Source: the human T2T-CHM13v2.0 reference genome, Homo sapiens. From it: a DNA stretch of 64,000 bases. Made by a program: the position numbers and the translations under genes. Below are positions 45,241 through 57,746 of the stretch, piece by piece (position 1 is the stretch's first letter; each line of letters starts with the position of its first letter). The notes under the pieces are model-generated. The model made no database searches, was not told where the DNA came from, and saw only the letters and a program-made list of their open reading frames with translations. The stretch lies in NCBI RefSeq assembly GCF_009914755.1, contig NC_060928.1. One strand, written 5' to 3'.

Positions 45241-46149
45241 AAGCATTGTTTGGACAAATTGTTACAAATCATTCCTGCAGGACTCCATTCAGCCTAGATA
45301 ACCATACTTTTGGCCCAGTTCTCACAGAATTTCTACAGAAACCCTACCTCCTCAAAGTAATAAAAAGTTTGCATTACAATCGGACTAATATCAAAGAAAA
45401 TAAAAATAACAATTGGGCTAATTATAATGATTACCTACATAGCTTTCTCCATTAACTAACTCACAACAGCTCTGTTAAGTAGGCAGGACAAATATTACCA
45501 CCCCCGGTTCACAGCTGGAATAATAGTACTTGCATAATAATAATTCTTGAGGGATTCTTAAATGCTGGCACTGTGTTAATTTCTTTATATTCATCGAATA
45601 TCCCCAATAACCCTACAGGTAGATACTATTATTTTCCCCATTTTCAGGCCAGGTAATTAATGAAGCTTAAAAATGTAAGTACCCTGCCCCCAGGAGTGCA
45701 TAATTATTAAGTAGCAGAACCAATGCTTATATTTAAATCAGAAACACTCAGAAGTAGCATAAGAATTTAGTAAAAACGAAACACACCCTCGTGCAATCCG
45801 TATTATGTGGCCACGTGCCTACCAGGGTCAGCTGGATGGTACTTGTCTGCTAGAAGTGAGTCGAGGCAGAAGAATCAACACAGGAGCTGGAAGGGCCTCT
45901 GGAAATCAGCTGGGGACTAGAGACAGGTGTGCAGCCCTCGGTTTACAGAGGCTGTGAGACCAAGAGAGTTCCAAGACCTCCAGGAAAACATCTCCCTGCT
46001 AAAAGGCTTTCCCAACCTTTAGAAATCTATTCATTTCCCCCACTTTCCATCCTCTTTCTCTTGCTATCTCTTTATCGCTCCTCCTGCCTTCTTCCTTTCT
46101 TTCCTTCAGTAAACGTTTTTCGAAACGATGATGAGCAAAAAACGCCTGA

Positions 46150-46900
46150 TCCAGTCTATGGCGCGTTTCGGTGGGAAGATGAACACGCCTTCCCAGCAGA
46201 GTAAAACGTGATTACACCAAGGACCGGTACCCTCTCCCTTCCCTCGGCCAGGTCCACGTCCCCAGGCGTCGGAGAAGGGGTTGGACCGCGCAGCGGGGCG
46301 TCAGAGTTGCCAGGCGCCCGGGGCAAATACCGGCAGCGGTGGTTGTGCGGTGTCCTAGCAACGGGGCGGCAGCAGGGCACACACACCGCCCAAGCCCGGA
46401 CGGTGGCCGCGAAGCTAGGGCCACCATGGCGGACCGCAGGCGGCGGCTCCGGCCGGGGACGTTGGCCCCGGTGCGCGAGGGCGTGAACTGCAGGTCCAGG
46501 TAAACACTCAGCGCCCGGGCCGAGGGCGCATCCCACGCGGGCCGCGCGGGGGCGCCTGGAGACCCGCGCTTGCTGGGGCGGGGGCGAGGGGAGAGGTCCA
46601 GCCTGCCTTCCCTCCTCAATGCTTCCTGTACGTACAACATAATACGCTGAGATAACCAACGCTTGGCGCTGCTCTTTGCAAAGGATTTTTCCTGCTGTCA
46701 TCCTCACAACCCCCGCCTCCCACGCCCCCAGGGATGTAGACTAATATCCCCATTTCTGATGGGAAAGTGATGGCCGCAGAGTCCGCTGCGGAGGCTGGTG
46801 CCCTCCTGCTAGCCACCCACCCTTCTCCGGCCTAGCCAACCAACTGTTCGCCAGATGCCCCGGGGCGCCTGGAGCCCTGTATCCGATGTTAGGCATCTGC
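46150..46900. promoter_or_regulatory. FAM47E: CpG island / FAM47E main promoter
   Basis: CpG-dense region around the ATG; RFX X-box-like motifs at 46306-46318 and 46350-46362. Confidence 0.88.
46426..46499 (+). CDS. FAM47E: FAM47E coding exon 1
   Basis: Perfect Kozak GCCACCATGG; MADRRRRLRPGTLAPVREGVNCRS(R); donor CAG|GTAAAC; 74 nt, phase 2. Confidence 0.95.
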
Positions 46901-47089
46901 TGCCCCTGGAGCCTTTGGTATCCAGATGGCGGCTGTGGCCAAGTGGAGCCCAGGGTTGGGGGAGCGCCTGGGGTGCTAGGGAGGTCTGCTAACATTTTGT
47001 ACGGTTGTGGTAGCCTCAGAGCAGGAACAAGAAGGTTTTTGCCTTTACCGACTCCTTGACAATCTTTTGAGAATGGAATTCGTCTGTCT

Positions 47090-47350
47090 TGGAGACAGCA
47101 CGATGTGGTGGTGAAGATTCCAAAGTCTAGAATCAGAAAGGCTTGAGTAGAAGGCTAGTTCTCCTCTTGTTTGCCTGGTGACCTTAGGCAAGTTGGTTGC
47201 TCCTTCTGGGCTCACTTTCCTAACTATAAAATGGGGCAATAACTTAGGAATCAGCTTTCTAAGATTGTCGTGAGGATTAATGGAGATAGCACATGTAAAG
47301 TTGTCACTGGCACATAGAACGTATCGTGTACATGTTAGCAATTATTCATA
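47090..47350 (+). mobile_element. MIR SINE
   Basis: Core GTGACCTTAGGCAAGTT...TTTCCTAACTATAAAATGGGG...GTGAGGATTAATGGAGATA. Confidence 0.8.
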
Positions 47351-47399
47351 GTTGTTTCTAGCAGTTATTCATAAGAGCTTCTTTGGGAAGCTTCTCCCC

Positions 47400-48070
47400 C
47401 CCATTTAAAAATTTTGTTTTGAAATAACTGTAGGCTCACCAGAAGTTGCAGAAATAGTACAGAGGTCCCATGTACCCTTCCCCTAGCTGCTTACAGTGGT
47501 ACCATTTTACATAACGATAGCACATTGCCAAACCAGGAAACGTCATTGGCAGAATATGCTAATTGAACTAGAGACCTTACTTGGATTTTATCAGCTCTTA
47601 CTTGCACTCAGGTGTGTGAGTTCTGTAACATTTGGTCATATGTATACATAAAGATACAAAACTGTTCCTTCCCCACAGAGGAACTCTTAGTATTACCCCT
47701 TTGCTGTCACTTCTTTTCCCACCCCAGCCTTGTCAATCGCTAAGCTGCTCTCCATTTCTGTAAGTTAGTTCTTTTGAGAATGTTAGATAAACAGAATAAT
47801 ACAGTATGTAACTGTTTGAGACTGGCTCTTTTTCACTCATCATAAAGCCTCTGAGATCCATCCAAGTTGTGTGTATCAGTAGTTCATTTTTGTTGCTGAG
47901 TCGTGTTCCTTGGTGTGGATGTACCACAGTTTGTTTATCCATTCACTTGTTGAAGGACATTCAGGTTGTTTTGGACATTCCAGTTTTGGGGCTACTATGT
48001 AGAAAGCTGCTATCGACATTTGTGTACAGAATTTTCTGAGAACATACTTTTTCATTTCTTTAGGATACAT
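47400..48070 (-). mobile_element. L1MB/MC 3' end
   Basis: ECPSTSEWINKLWYIHT remnant; AGAAGTTGCAGAAATAGTACAGAG 3'UTR. Confidence 0.8.
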
Positions 48071-48335
48071 GTCCGGTATCCTTTTGCAATTCTTAAAGAG
48101 GGAAATATCCATATATCATGTACTAGTGTCTGTGAAAACAGTAAATATTTAGAAAAATTGTTTCCAGTTTTATTTTATGGGCCAAGCAAGATTTTTCCTG
48201 AACCTAACATAATGCAGAATGGTAAGCTTATTAACTATGAGAGGCCATGTGGGGGAGAGGAAAGCCCTCCCTTTACACTGGTTGCCTTACTCTCCTCTTG
48301 GAACTTAGTTTCCTTATTAAAAAGAGGAAAGCGGT

Positions 48336-48840
48336 AGCCAGGCATGGTGGCACATGCCTGTAGTCCCAGCTACTCAAGAGGCTGAGGTGGAGGGATTACT
48401 TGAGTCTGAGAGGCAGAGGTTGCAGTGAGCCAAGATTACACCATTGCACTCCAGCCTGGGTAACAGAGTGGAACCCTGTCTCGAATTAAAAAAAAAAAAA
48501 AGAAAGGAAAGAAATGAGGAAAGTGGCTCACGCCTGTAATCCCAACACTTTGGGAAGCGGAGGCAGGAGGATCACTTGAACCCGAAGTTTGAGACCAGCC
48601 TGGGCAACATAGCAAGACCCTGTCTCCTCTCTCTACAAAAGCAATTTAAAAATTTAGCTAGGCATGGTGCCGCACACCTGTAGTCCCAACTACTTGGGGG
48701 ACTGAGATTGGAGGATCCCTTGAGCCCAGGAGTTTGAGGCTGCAGTGAGCTATTGAGCTATAATTGCCACTGCACCCTAGCTTGAGCAACAGAGTGAGAC
48801 CCTGTCTTGAAAAAAAAAAAAAAACAGAAAAAGAAAAGTG
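48336..48840 (+). mobile_element. Tandem Alus (right arm plus near-full AluJ)
   Basis: Two poly-A tails near 48500 and 48820. Confidence 0.9.
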
Positions 48841-50857
48841 AAGAAAGTAGACTGGATTTCTTTTAGGATCTCTGCCAGTTCTAACATTCTATGAAGTTTC
48901 AGCTCACTGCCACGTACATTCCCCATTTTGAGTTGTATGGCTGTACTTAAACAAAAATATTTGTTCTCAGATTTGATTTCATGAAGTGCTTGGATGCATG
49001 AGTTAGTTGTAAATGTGCATATAATGAACTTTGTAAAGACATTTAATATGGAGGGTTACTTACTAATAAGTAATGCTGAATGGGTCATTAATCTTATGAT
49101 TAGATGTAATTTCAGCATCTTTCTGCCATTTAGCTATTTAAGAGTGATCTGTTAAATGCAGAGAGTAACTTTTTGTTAAGTTCATCTTTTTGTGTCCTTT
49201 CATCTAGATCTTCGCAGTAGAGTTGGGTTAAGCCCTTAAAACAACACCTACACATCTATGCAACAAGTAGGAAGTTTCTAGGACTCACTAGAGAAGAATT
49301 GGGGCCAGGCTGGAATCTCTTAAAAACACTTTGTAGCAATGGGTGTAGCAAGGATTAGATTTGGTGTAAAAAGACATTATAGATAAAAGGGGTCTGAAGG
49401 TGGAAGAGGCTTCAGGGAAGGACACAAAGACTCTAGAATTACCTAACTAAGGCACTGTAATATGTGAGGATAATGAGACGCTCAGATTCCAAATCGTGGC
49501 TTTGGTGTTCGCTGGTTGTGTTAGGTTATTCAGGAGCTTGTTCTATTTTCCTTCCTGTTTGCCCATCTGTCTCTTCCATCTCATCTATATGCCCTAACTA
49601 CTCAATGCTAACAGGGCGCTGGTGGATAAGGAGGCTGAGTGAAGCAGCTATATATATGGCGGTGGGAGAGGTGGAGGTTGTGAATGAGAGAGCAGATGAT
49701 TTGTCTCCAGTGGGCAACCAATATGCCAATTGGGGCTCCTTGGATAAGTGGACCCACTTTTCACAGATCTTGAAAAATCTGGCTTTTCAAGAGGAGCCAT
49801 TTTTCCCGATTATTTATGTGAACATTTTTATTTATCATAAACTCCAGTAGAGTGATTAAGCACCTTTTTCTGGAGCTGCCTACCTGGGTTAAACTCCCAG
49901 CTCTACCATTTATTAGCTGTGTGACCTTTGACAAGTGTTTTGTTTTTTAACTTCTTTGTGCTCAATTTTCTTATCTGTAAATGGGAATAATACTCGTGCC
50001 TAATTCATAGGGTTGTTATGAGATTTAAATATGCTCGTATGTGTAAAGCACTTAGAACAGTAGAACAGTGTCTGTTATATTGAAAATTCTCAATTTATGT
50101 TAGCTATTATGATTCTTATTAAAACACAAGGAGGACCAAATGACAGGTTTGTTGGCCCAATGTAGCCCATGGACAGCCATTTTGCAGCCTTTGATCCCCT
50201 GAGTTTAGGGGGAACCCACAGAGGTTACATGAAGAGCCAACGCCATTCAGCTAGTTAGGGGCTGAGTTGTCAGTGGGATCCAGGTTCTTCCCGCTCAACT
50301 GCACTCTGTCCCTTTTAGTGAAGAGAGAGAGTCCTTGGGAAAGGCAACAACTTGAGTGTCCTTCACAAAGCGAATGGAGAGATGAAATGTGGTGGCGGCA
50401 GTTGGAATAATGAATTAGATTTACATAGAGTGACATGGAAGGGTCTTTAAAATATAGTGCTGGGTAAACAAGAAGCAGAATAGTGCCATTTACGTAAATT
50501 AAGAGTGCATGCACACATAAGGATGCTTCAGAATTTCAAGGATGTGTACAAACAAAGGATATATTCCAAATCCACTAGGGCAGTTTTGCTTTTGCAAGGG
50601 AGACCAGTGAGAGTCGGATGTGGGGATAAAATAGACAAGAAAGCAAGAGAGGGGCTTTGTACGGAGCAGCAATTCTGTGCTATGAACTAGGAATATGATT
50701 AACTCCAGCTTCTCCAGTGAATCCCACTTCCCCTACCCCCAACCCTAAAAGCTGGAGACCAGCCTTTTTACTACCTCCTTCTCCCACCCAAGTCCTGTGG
50801 TTAATATGAACAGGCATGTGGTATTCTAGGTACAAAGAGAATCTATCTACCTTCCAG

Positions 50858-51203
50858 ATGTTTCACAAAGCACAAGAACGGGCTGAAGTTCCCCACCTCT
50901 CTGCACAGCCGGCAGTTGGTATTTCCAAGAAAGGGGCTGGATGACTTCAGGAAGGGCTGCCCGCCTTGCACTGGTCTGGTGACTCAGGTCCCTGTGGAGG
51001 GCTTTCTGCCCCAGATTTATCACAGAGCTCCCCAACTGGCCCCAAAGAAGAGGCAGATCAAGCTGCTCAAGGAAGCAGACGTGCTTTCCAAGCTCTCGCC
51101 AGCCCAGCAGGCTCGGAAGGCATTCCTGGAGGACGTGGAGGCCCACCTGACCCCACATCCCTTAGCGCTCTACCTGAATCTGGAAGAAGCTATGCCCATA
51201 GAG
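50858..51203 (+). CDS. FAM47E: FAM47E coding exon 2
   Basis: Acceptor CCTTCCAG|A; (R)CFTKHKNGLKFPTSLHSRQLVFPRKGLDDFRKGCPP...SKLSPAQQARKAFLEDVEAHLTPHPLALYLNLEEAMPIE (FAM47 family motifs); donor GAG|GTGATG; 346 nt. Confidence 0.95.
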
Positions 51204-52099
51204 GTGATGTGTCCTAGGGTTTGTGGGAGGGGCTTCACTGGGGCCTTGCAAATAATTCTATCTAAATGTCTAGGAAGTCCCCATGAGAGGGTGACATATT
51301 TATAAGAGGAGTGATGAATGTCTCCCCCAGGATGCGAGTTCTTGTGGGCCTCAGAGCAGCCTTCTGTCCTCTATTCCCAGAAAACACAATCAGCAGCAAC
51401 ATGCACACTGCTCTCTTTGCTTCCTGTGAAGCCCTTCAATTTACAAAGATGCCACAAACCAGAAACGTATGACTTCTATTCCCCATAATTTCTACCCATC
51501 TACTGTACTTTGTGTTGTGACTTTTTGGGGAGAGGAGGAAACAATGAGAGGGAATTGTCTAGTCTTATTTTTGTCACTTTAGCCTGGTATTAGGAAGTGC
51601 CCTTAAATACTTACTAATGGGTGGAAAGAATGAGACCAGAAAGGTCATGGGGAAAATCCTCCTAATGGTCCAGACTAGGGCTGGACAGCAGCAGCTCTGT
51701 GATGTCACCAATGTCCCAGGCCTCTCCTGACTTTAGCTCTATATCCTTAGTATGCATCTCTCGTCTTTGTATCTCAAAGTGGCTTCCATGCTTCCAGGCA
51801 TTGAGTCTGTATTTCAGACAAGAAGAGGGAAGGGACAAAGGTTAAAGGGTGCATGCCAGCTGACTCTGTCTTTTAATTAGGCAAATAATAGCTTTCCCAG
51901 TAAACGTCTCTTTCATCTGACTACTCCTAGTTGCTAGGGAGTCTAGCAAATGGAGTTTCAGAGTTGGGCATTGAACCTGAGCAAAACCCAGGTTCTATTA
52001 GATTTAAAGAGAAAAGGTAGAATGGATATTGGGCAGGGAGCTAGCAGTGACTGCAACTCCATCCGCATCCCTGCAGCCTGTATTCTACACAGAGAGCGA

Positions 52100-52630
52100 G
52101 ACAATGGTTCAGAAAGGCAAATCTCTGCTCAGAGCCTTCCAGTGTCCCCTTCTCTCTCAGAGAAAGCCAGAGTTCTTGCTGGGATCTGAAAGGCCTTGGC
52201 ATTCTGCTCTCCACAGTACCCCTGTTCTGCTCCCTCTCCAACTTCACCCCTGCTCCTGCCACTCCAACCACTCTGGCCTCCTGGCTGCTCCATCGACATT
52301 ATGAGCATGTCCAATTCAGCTCTCTGTTCTGGTGCCTGAACACTTGCTCCAGACGGCTGCTTGGCTTACTCCTTCACTCCCTTTAGATCGATGCTCAAAT
52401 GTCTCCTGATTGGAGAGGCCTGTATAAAATAGCACTTCCCTTCCACCCTCACATCTACTCCTTACTGTGCCCTACTTTTCACTGTAGCACTTGCCACCAC
52501 TGAGCTCCTCCCACAATGAAAGCTTATAAGGGCAGGGACTTTATTTGTGTCTTTCACTGTGTACCACCAATACCTGTCCTATGGCGGACACTCAATAAAT
52601 AATTTTGAATGAATGAATAAATGAATGATC
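52100..52630 (+). mobile_element. L2 3' region
   Basis: CACTCCAACCACTCTGGCCTCC...GGGCAGGGACTT...CTCAATAAATAATTTTGAATGAATGAAT. Confidence 0.75.
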
Positions 52631-53989
52631 GGTGGGAGAGAAGTCTACAGAAAGGACAGCTAGAATTGCTGATCAGTTAATTTCTCTCTGGGGCTTTCCC
52701 TCACTGCCTCCTGCAGGCCAGAACTTCTGAGTCCATGACAAAGAGATTGATTGTTTCCACACCTCAGATGGCACATGAGCATGGCTTGGGATTGTGGCGC
52801 TTATTTCCATGTGTGACTTCTGCAAATAGGTGTGTTGGCTTCCTGCTGAAGCAGGATCTTTTATGGTGCTAAGGTGGCCATCAGAAGATCCAGGTTTAAG
52901 CCCTACCCACTTAGCAACCCCAGCAGAAAGAGAATGCACCTTTTTGCATGATCCCAGAAAACTTCCATAGCCTAATTATCATGGATCCAACTTTGATCAT
53001 GTGTCTATTCCAAAGTCAGTCACTGTGGTTCTGATTGTTTGGTCTGCCTTAGGAGTGAGGATGGGGTCAGGCTAATTCAGACCATGCAGGTTGAGAGTGG
53101 AGAGAGAGGTGGTTCTCCAAGGAAAAACCCAGATATTCATGCGAGGGAAAGTAGACAGTGGGCAGTCAAAAACCACAGAAATCCTTTAGAGGCGCTTCAC
53201 TCAGTGGGGCATTTGGGGACAGGGGTAGGCCCAGAGACATATTCCATTCTAGAGGAAGTAGAACTTTAGTAAAAGACTGTGTACCCAGTGTCCAGGTGAT
53301 GGGAGGTTTATCCAAGTGGTGCTGATTATAATCCCAAAAGACATAGTCCCAAACATCATAATCGTGAATGTTGAGATCCCCAAAGTCTAAAATCCCACAA
53401 ATCACAATCCTGAAAGATTGAATTCCTGAATGTTGAAATCCTGAAAGCCAAATTCTGGGGAAGGGATTAGTGTGTTTTTGGTTGTATGCAGGATAGTTGC
53501 ATCGTGGTAGGTGGACCTATTACCTTGCTATTGTCCTTATTTGGAAATTAAATATGGTTTAAGGAGATGAGTATAAGTGTCAACCTGACAAGAGGTGGAC
53601 TTGTGGACTTAATTTTAGGTGTCAATTTGACTGGATTAAGGAATTTCCAGAAACATGGTAAAGTGTTATTTTGGATGTGTCTGAGAGGATGTCCCCAGAG
53701 GAGATTAGTATGTGAGTCTGAGTGGAGCAGGCCAGAAAGATCTACCCTCAGTGTTTCAGTGCTTCAGAGATCACAGAGTAAGTGAAAATGCAGGTGAAAA
53801 ATACAAGAGATCTCCTCTGCCAAATTATTCAATTGTGTACAATTTATGCCTCTTCACATATAACACCGTGGTTGCCTTCGAGCATGTGACACCGTTTGTC
53901 AGAGAATTAAAAGAATTTGACAAGCTCAGCAACCTTCTGAACCAGACATTTGCTGATATTGAGATTCCTCCAATGTCATAACCACATAA

Positions 53990-56900
53990 AATGGTGAACT
54001 ACTCTTGGTTAAAGATTTGACTGTCAAGAAAGATAGACTTCTTATATTTACCACTAAATCTAACATAGAAAAACTAGTGCGTGTTTCGCTTTGGCTATTG
54101 GATGGCACTTTCAAGACTGTCCCTACTTTTTAAAATCAATGATATACAATTCATGCCCCTGTTGGATCTGGAAATTCTAAAACTTATCTACTTCTTTATA
54201 TATTAATGACTGGAAACAAATGAAGTATTTTATAATCACTTATTTGAAGATTTGGTGGACTGTGCAGAAGAAAATGGATTTCTTGGAACTCCCAAACCAA
54301 AATGACAGGTTTGGAATTAAGTGTAATCAAAGCTTCTAAAAGTGAACCTGAAAGAGTTATCAATAAAAATTTTTTTTCATGTAGTCTAACACATGTGGCA
54401 GAAATTCAGATGAATGGATTGGTCATGAGATTTGGCAATGACAGAAACTTGAGTTTAAAAATGAATCATTTCATGATCCTACACCCAGAAAACCTTGAAG
54501 ATTCATCCAAAAGACTCCTAGACCTGATAAACGACTTCAGTAAAGTTTCAGAATATGAAATTAATGTTCAAAAATCAGTTGTGTCTCTATACATTATCAA
54601 TGCTGAAGCTGACAACCAAATCAAGAACTCAATATCATTTACAATTGCCACAAAAAACTAAAATACCTAGGAATGCATTTAATGAAGGAAGTGAAAGACC
54701 TCCACAAGGGGAACTACAAAACACTGATGAAAGAAATCATAAATGATGCTAATAAATATAAAAACATTCCATGTTCATGTAAAGGAAGAATCAATATTGT
54801 CAAAATGACCATACTATCCAAAGCAATCTACAGATTCAATGCCATTCCTATAAAATTACCAACATAATTTTTCAAATAATTAGAAAAAACAATTCTAAAA
54901 TTCATACAGAATCAAAAAAGTGTCTGATTAGCCGAAGTAATCCTAAGCAAAAAGAACAAAGCTAGGGTCATCATGTTACCCAACTTCAAACTATACTGCA
55001 AGGCTACAGTAACCAAAACAGCATAGTATGGGTACAAAAATATGCCTATAGATTAATGGAACAGAATAGAGAACCCAGAAATAAAGCCACACACCTACAA
55101 CCAGCTGATCTTTGACAAACTTGACAAAAATAAACAATGGAAAAAGGGCACCCTATTCAATAAATGATGCTGGGAAAACTGGCTAGCTGTATGCAGAAGA
55201 GTGAAACTGTGTCCCCATCTCTCACCATATACAAAAATTAACTCAAGGTGGACTAAAGACTTAAATGTAAGACCTGAAACTATACAAATTCTAGAAGAAA
55301 ACCTACAAAAAAACTCTTCCAGACATTGGCTGAGGCAAAGAATTTATGACTAAGACCTCAAAAGCAAATGCAACAAAAACAAAAATAGACAAATGAAAGT
55401 TAAGCTAAAGGACTTTGAACTGCAAAAGAAACTATCAACAGAGTAAACAGACAGCAGCCTGCAGAATGGGAGAAACTATTTGCAAACTATACATGTGACA
55501 AAGGACTAATGTCTAGAATTTATAAGGAACTTAAACAACTCAACAAGAAAAAACAATTCCATTAAAAAGTAGGCAAAGCCATGAAGTCTCCCCAGGAGGT
55601 TAAGGCTGCAGTGATTGCACCATTGCACTTCAACCTGGGTGACAGAGTGTGAGACCCTGTCTCAAAAAAAAAAAAAGTGTACAAAGGACATGAACAGCCA
55701 CTTCTCAAAAGAAGACATACAAGCAGCCAACAAACATATGAAGAAATACTCAACATCAGTAATCATCAGAGAAAAGCCGATTAAAACCACAATGAGATAC
55801 GAGATACCATCTCATATCAGTCAGAATAGCTATTATTGAAATAAAAAAAATAACAGATATTGGCAAGGATGCAGAGAAAAGAGGATGCTTATACACTGTT
55901 GATGAGACTGTAAGTTAGCTCAACCTCTGTGGAAAACAAGATGGAGATTTCTCAAAGAACTAAAAATAGAACTGCCATTCAACCCAGCAATTCCACTACT
56001 GGGTATCTACCCAAAGGAAAAGAAATTGTTTTATCAAAAAGACACCTTCACTTATATGTTTATCACAACACTATCACAATAGCAAAGTCATGAAATCAAC
56101 CTAAGTGTCCATCAATGATGGATTGGGTAAAGATAATGTGGTATGTATATACCATGAAATACTGTGCAGCCATAAAAAGAATGAAGTCATGTCTATCGTA
56201 GCGACATGGATGGAACTGGAGGCCATTATCCTAAGTGAAATAACTCAGAATCGGAAAATCAAATACCATGTGTTCTTGCTTATAAGTGGGAGCTTAACAA
56301 TGGGTATACATGGTCATAAAGATGGAGATAATAGACACTGGGGCCTCCAAAAAGGGGGGTTAGGAGGGTGTTGAGGATTCAAAAACTACCTATGGGGTAC
56401 TATGTTCACTATTTGAGTGATGGGTTCACTAGAAATCCAAACCCCAGTATTACACAACATACTCATGTAACACACCTGCACATGTACCCCCGAATCTACA
56501 ATAAAGAATTAAAAGGTAAAATAAAAAGTTTTTTTTTAAGGAAAAAAATAAACATGAAAACAAGTGTCATTTGTTCGCATTAGCATTCCTTACAGCTGCT
56601 GAAATTCCAGGAGCTTTTAATAAATTAAAGCTGCATCTGCCTGAAGAGATCAGTGATATTACTGACTGGTTCAAAAATAATTATAGGATAAGTAAGATAA
56701 GAAGATGGTGTTGCTACTGGATCACCAGTATTGTTTCTGCCAACTTTGGGGTCTGTATATGAGTATATGTGGAATGGATTTCCCTATACCCAGAACAACA
56801 TAGAAGTATGGCACAGAAGAGGGGAACATGTAATAGGGAGTACTCACGTGAGTGTATATTGAATCACAGAAGAATTTTAAAAAGAGCAGTGCATGTAGAA

Positions 56901-57050
56901 AATGAATATGAACGTATTCTCCAAGGAGAGCCCTAAAAGAAAAAAAGCAACTATTTACTACGATGCAAGACTTCAAAATATAGTTAATGATCATAAATGC
57001 CTGCCAGTTCTTATGGAATACCTCTGTGTAATTGCCCATAATCTATCTCT
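53990..57050 (+). pseudogene. Decayed MULE (Mutator) DDE transposase split by L1
   Basis: LLIFTT...WLLDGTFKTVP (DGTFK 54101-54115), YTIHA, MTGLELSVIKA (54302), LFALAFL...AFNKLK...DWFKNNY (56571-), TQNNIEVWHRR (56788-56820); several stops and frameshifts. Confidence 0.85.
54471..56560 (+). mobile_element. 5'-truncated L1 (L1PA/PB) with nested Alu 3' fragment (55585-55676)
   Basis: KRLLDLINDFSKVSEYEINVQKS and [26 protein letters not shown]; 3'UTR and A-rich tail. Confidence 0.95.
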
Positions 57051-57439
57051 CTTATACATTTTTTAACATGTTGAATTTTCTTCTTAGCTTTTTTTTAGTG
57101 CCCCCCACACTATTTTAAATTGTAAGTGTTATTTTTTACAATTCACTATGTTATGTGTTTCATCTTTGCATCATTTCTAATGCTGGAGATGTACATTGTG
57201 TAAAGACTTTTATAGAGCTCTAATTCATTTCATGCCTTTTTTGCAAATTCGACTTCATGAAAATGCATTGTCACAAAACTAACTTTGTGTGTAAGCATTG
57301 TGGATTTACATAAAAACATTGAAACTTCATCAATGAATGAAGAGATGTCCTTTTTTGTTCATCTGTATTTGTGAAAGATAACATTTTTTGATATCTTGGT
57401 TCTTTGGGTAACTGCACATAGAGTGGTGTCCCATCATGA

Positions 57440-57746
57440 TTGTTTTTTGTTTGTTTTTTTGAGACAGGTTCTCATTCTGTCACCTAAGCTGGAGTGTAGT
57501 GGTGCAATTATAGTTCACTGTTACCTCAAACTCCTGGGCTCAAGGGATCCTCTCACCTTAGCCTCCAAGTATCTAGGACTACAGGAGGGCACCACCATGC
57601 CTGGCTAATTTAAAAAAATTTTTTAAATAGAAACAGAGGTCTTGCTATGTTGCCCAGGCTGGTCTCAAACTCCTGGCCTCATGCCATCTTCCTGCGTAAG
57701 CTTCCCAAAGCACTGAGATTATATGCCTTAGCCACTGTGCCTGGCC
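57440..57746 (-). mobile_element. AluJ element
   Basis: Diverged reverse dimeric Alu inside the MULE. Confidence 0.9.

Noticed and set aside
46156-46707. Antisense ORFs (183 and 142 aa) over the FAM47E island
   Set aside because: GC-content artefacts overlapping the real plus-strand exon
53318-53450. Periodic AATCC repeats resembling a repeat array
   Set aside because: Subterminal repeats of the MULE TIR, mirrored at 58100-58221; not CRISPR or satellite
54302-54661. 119-aa ORF fusing MULE transposase and L1 ORF2 sequence
   Set aside because: Chance in-frame junction of two dead elements; flanked by stops, second catalytic Asp mutated, no promoter or splice support
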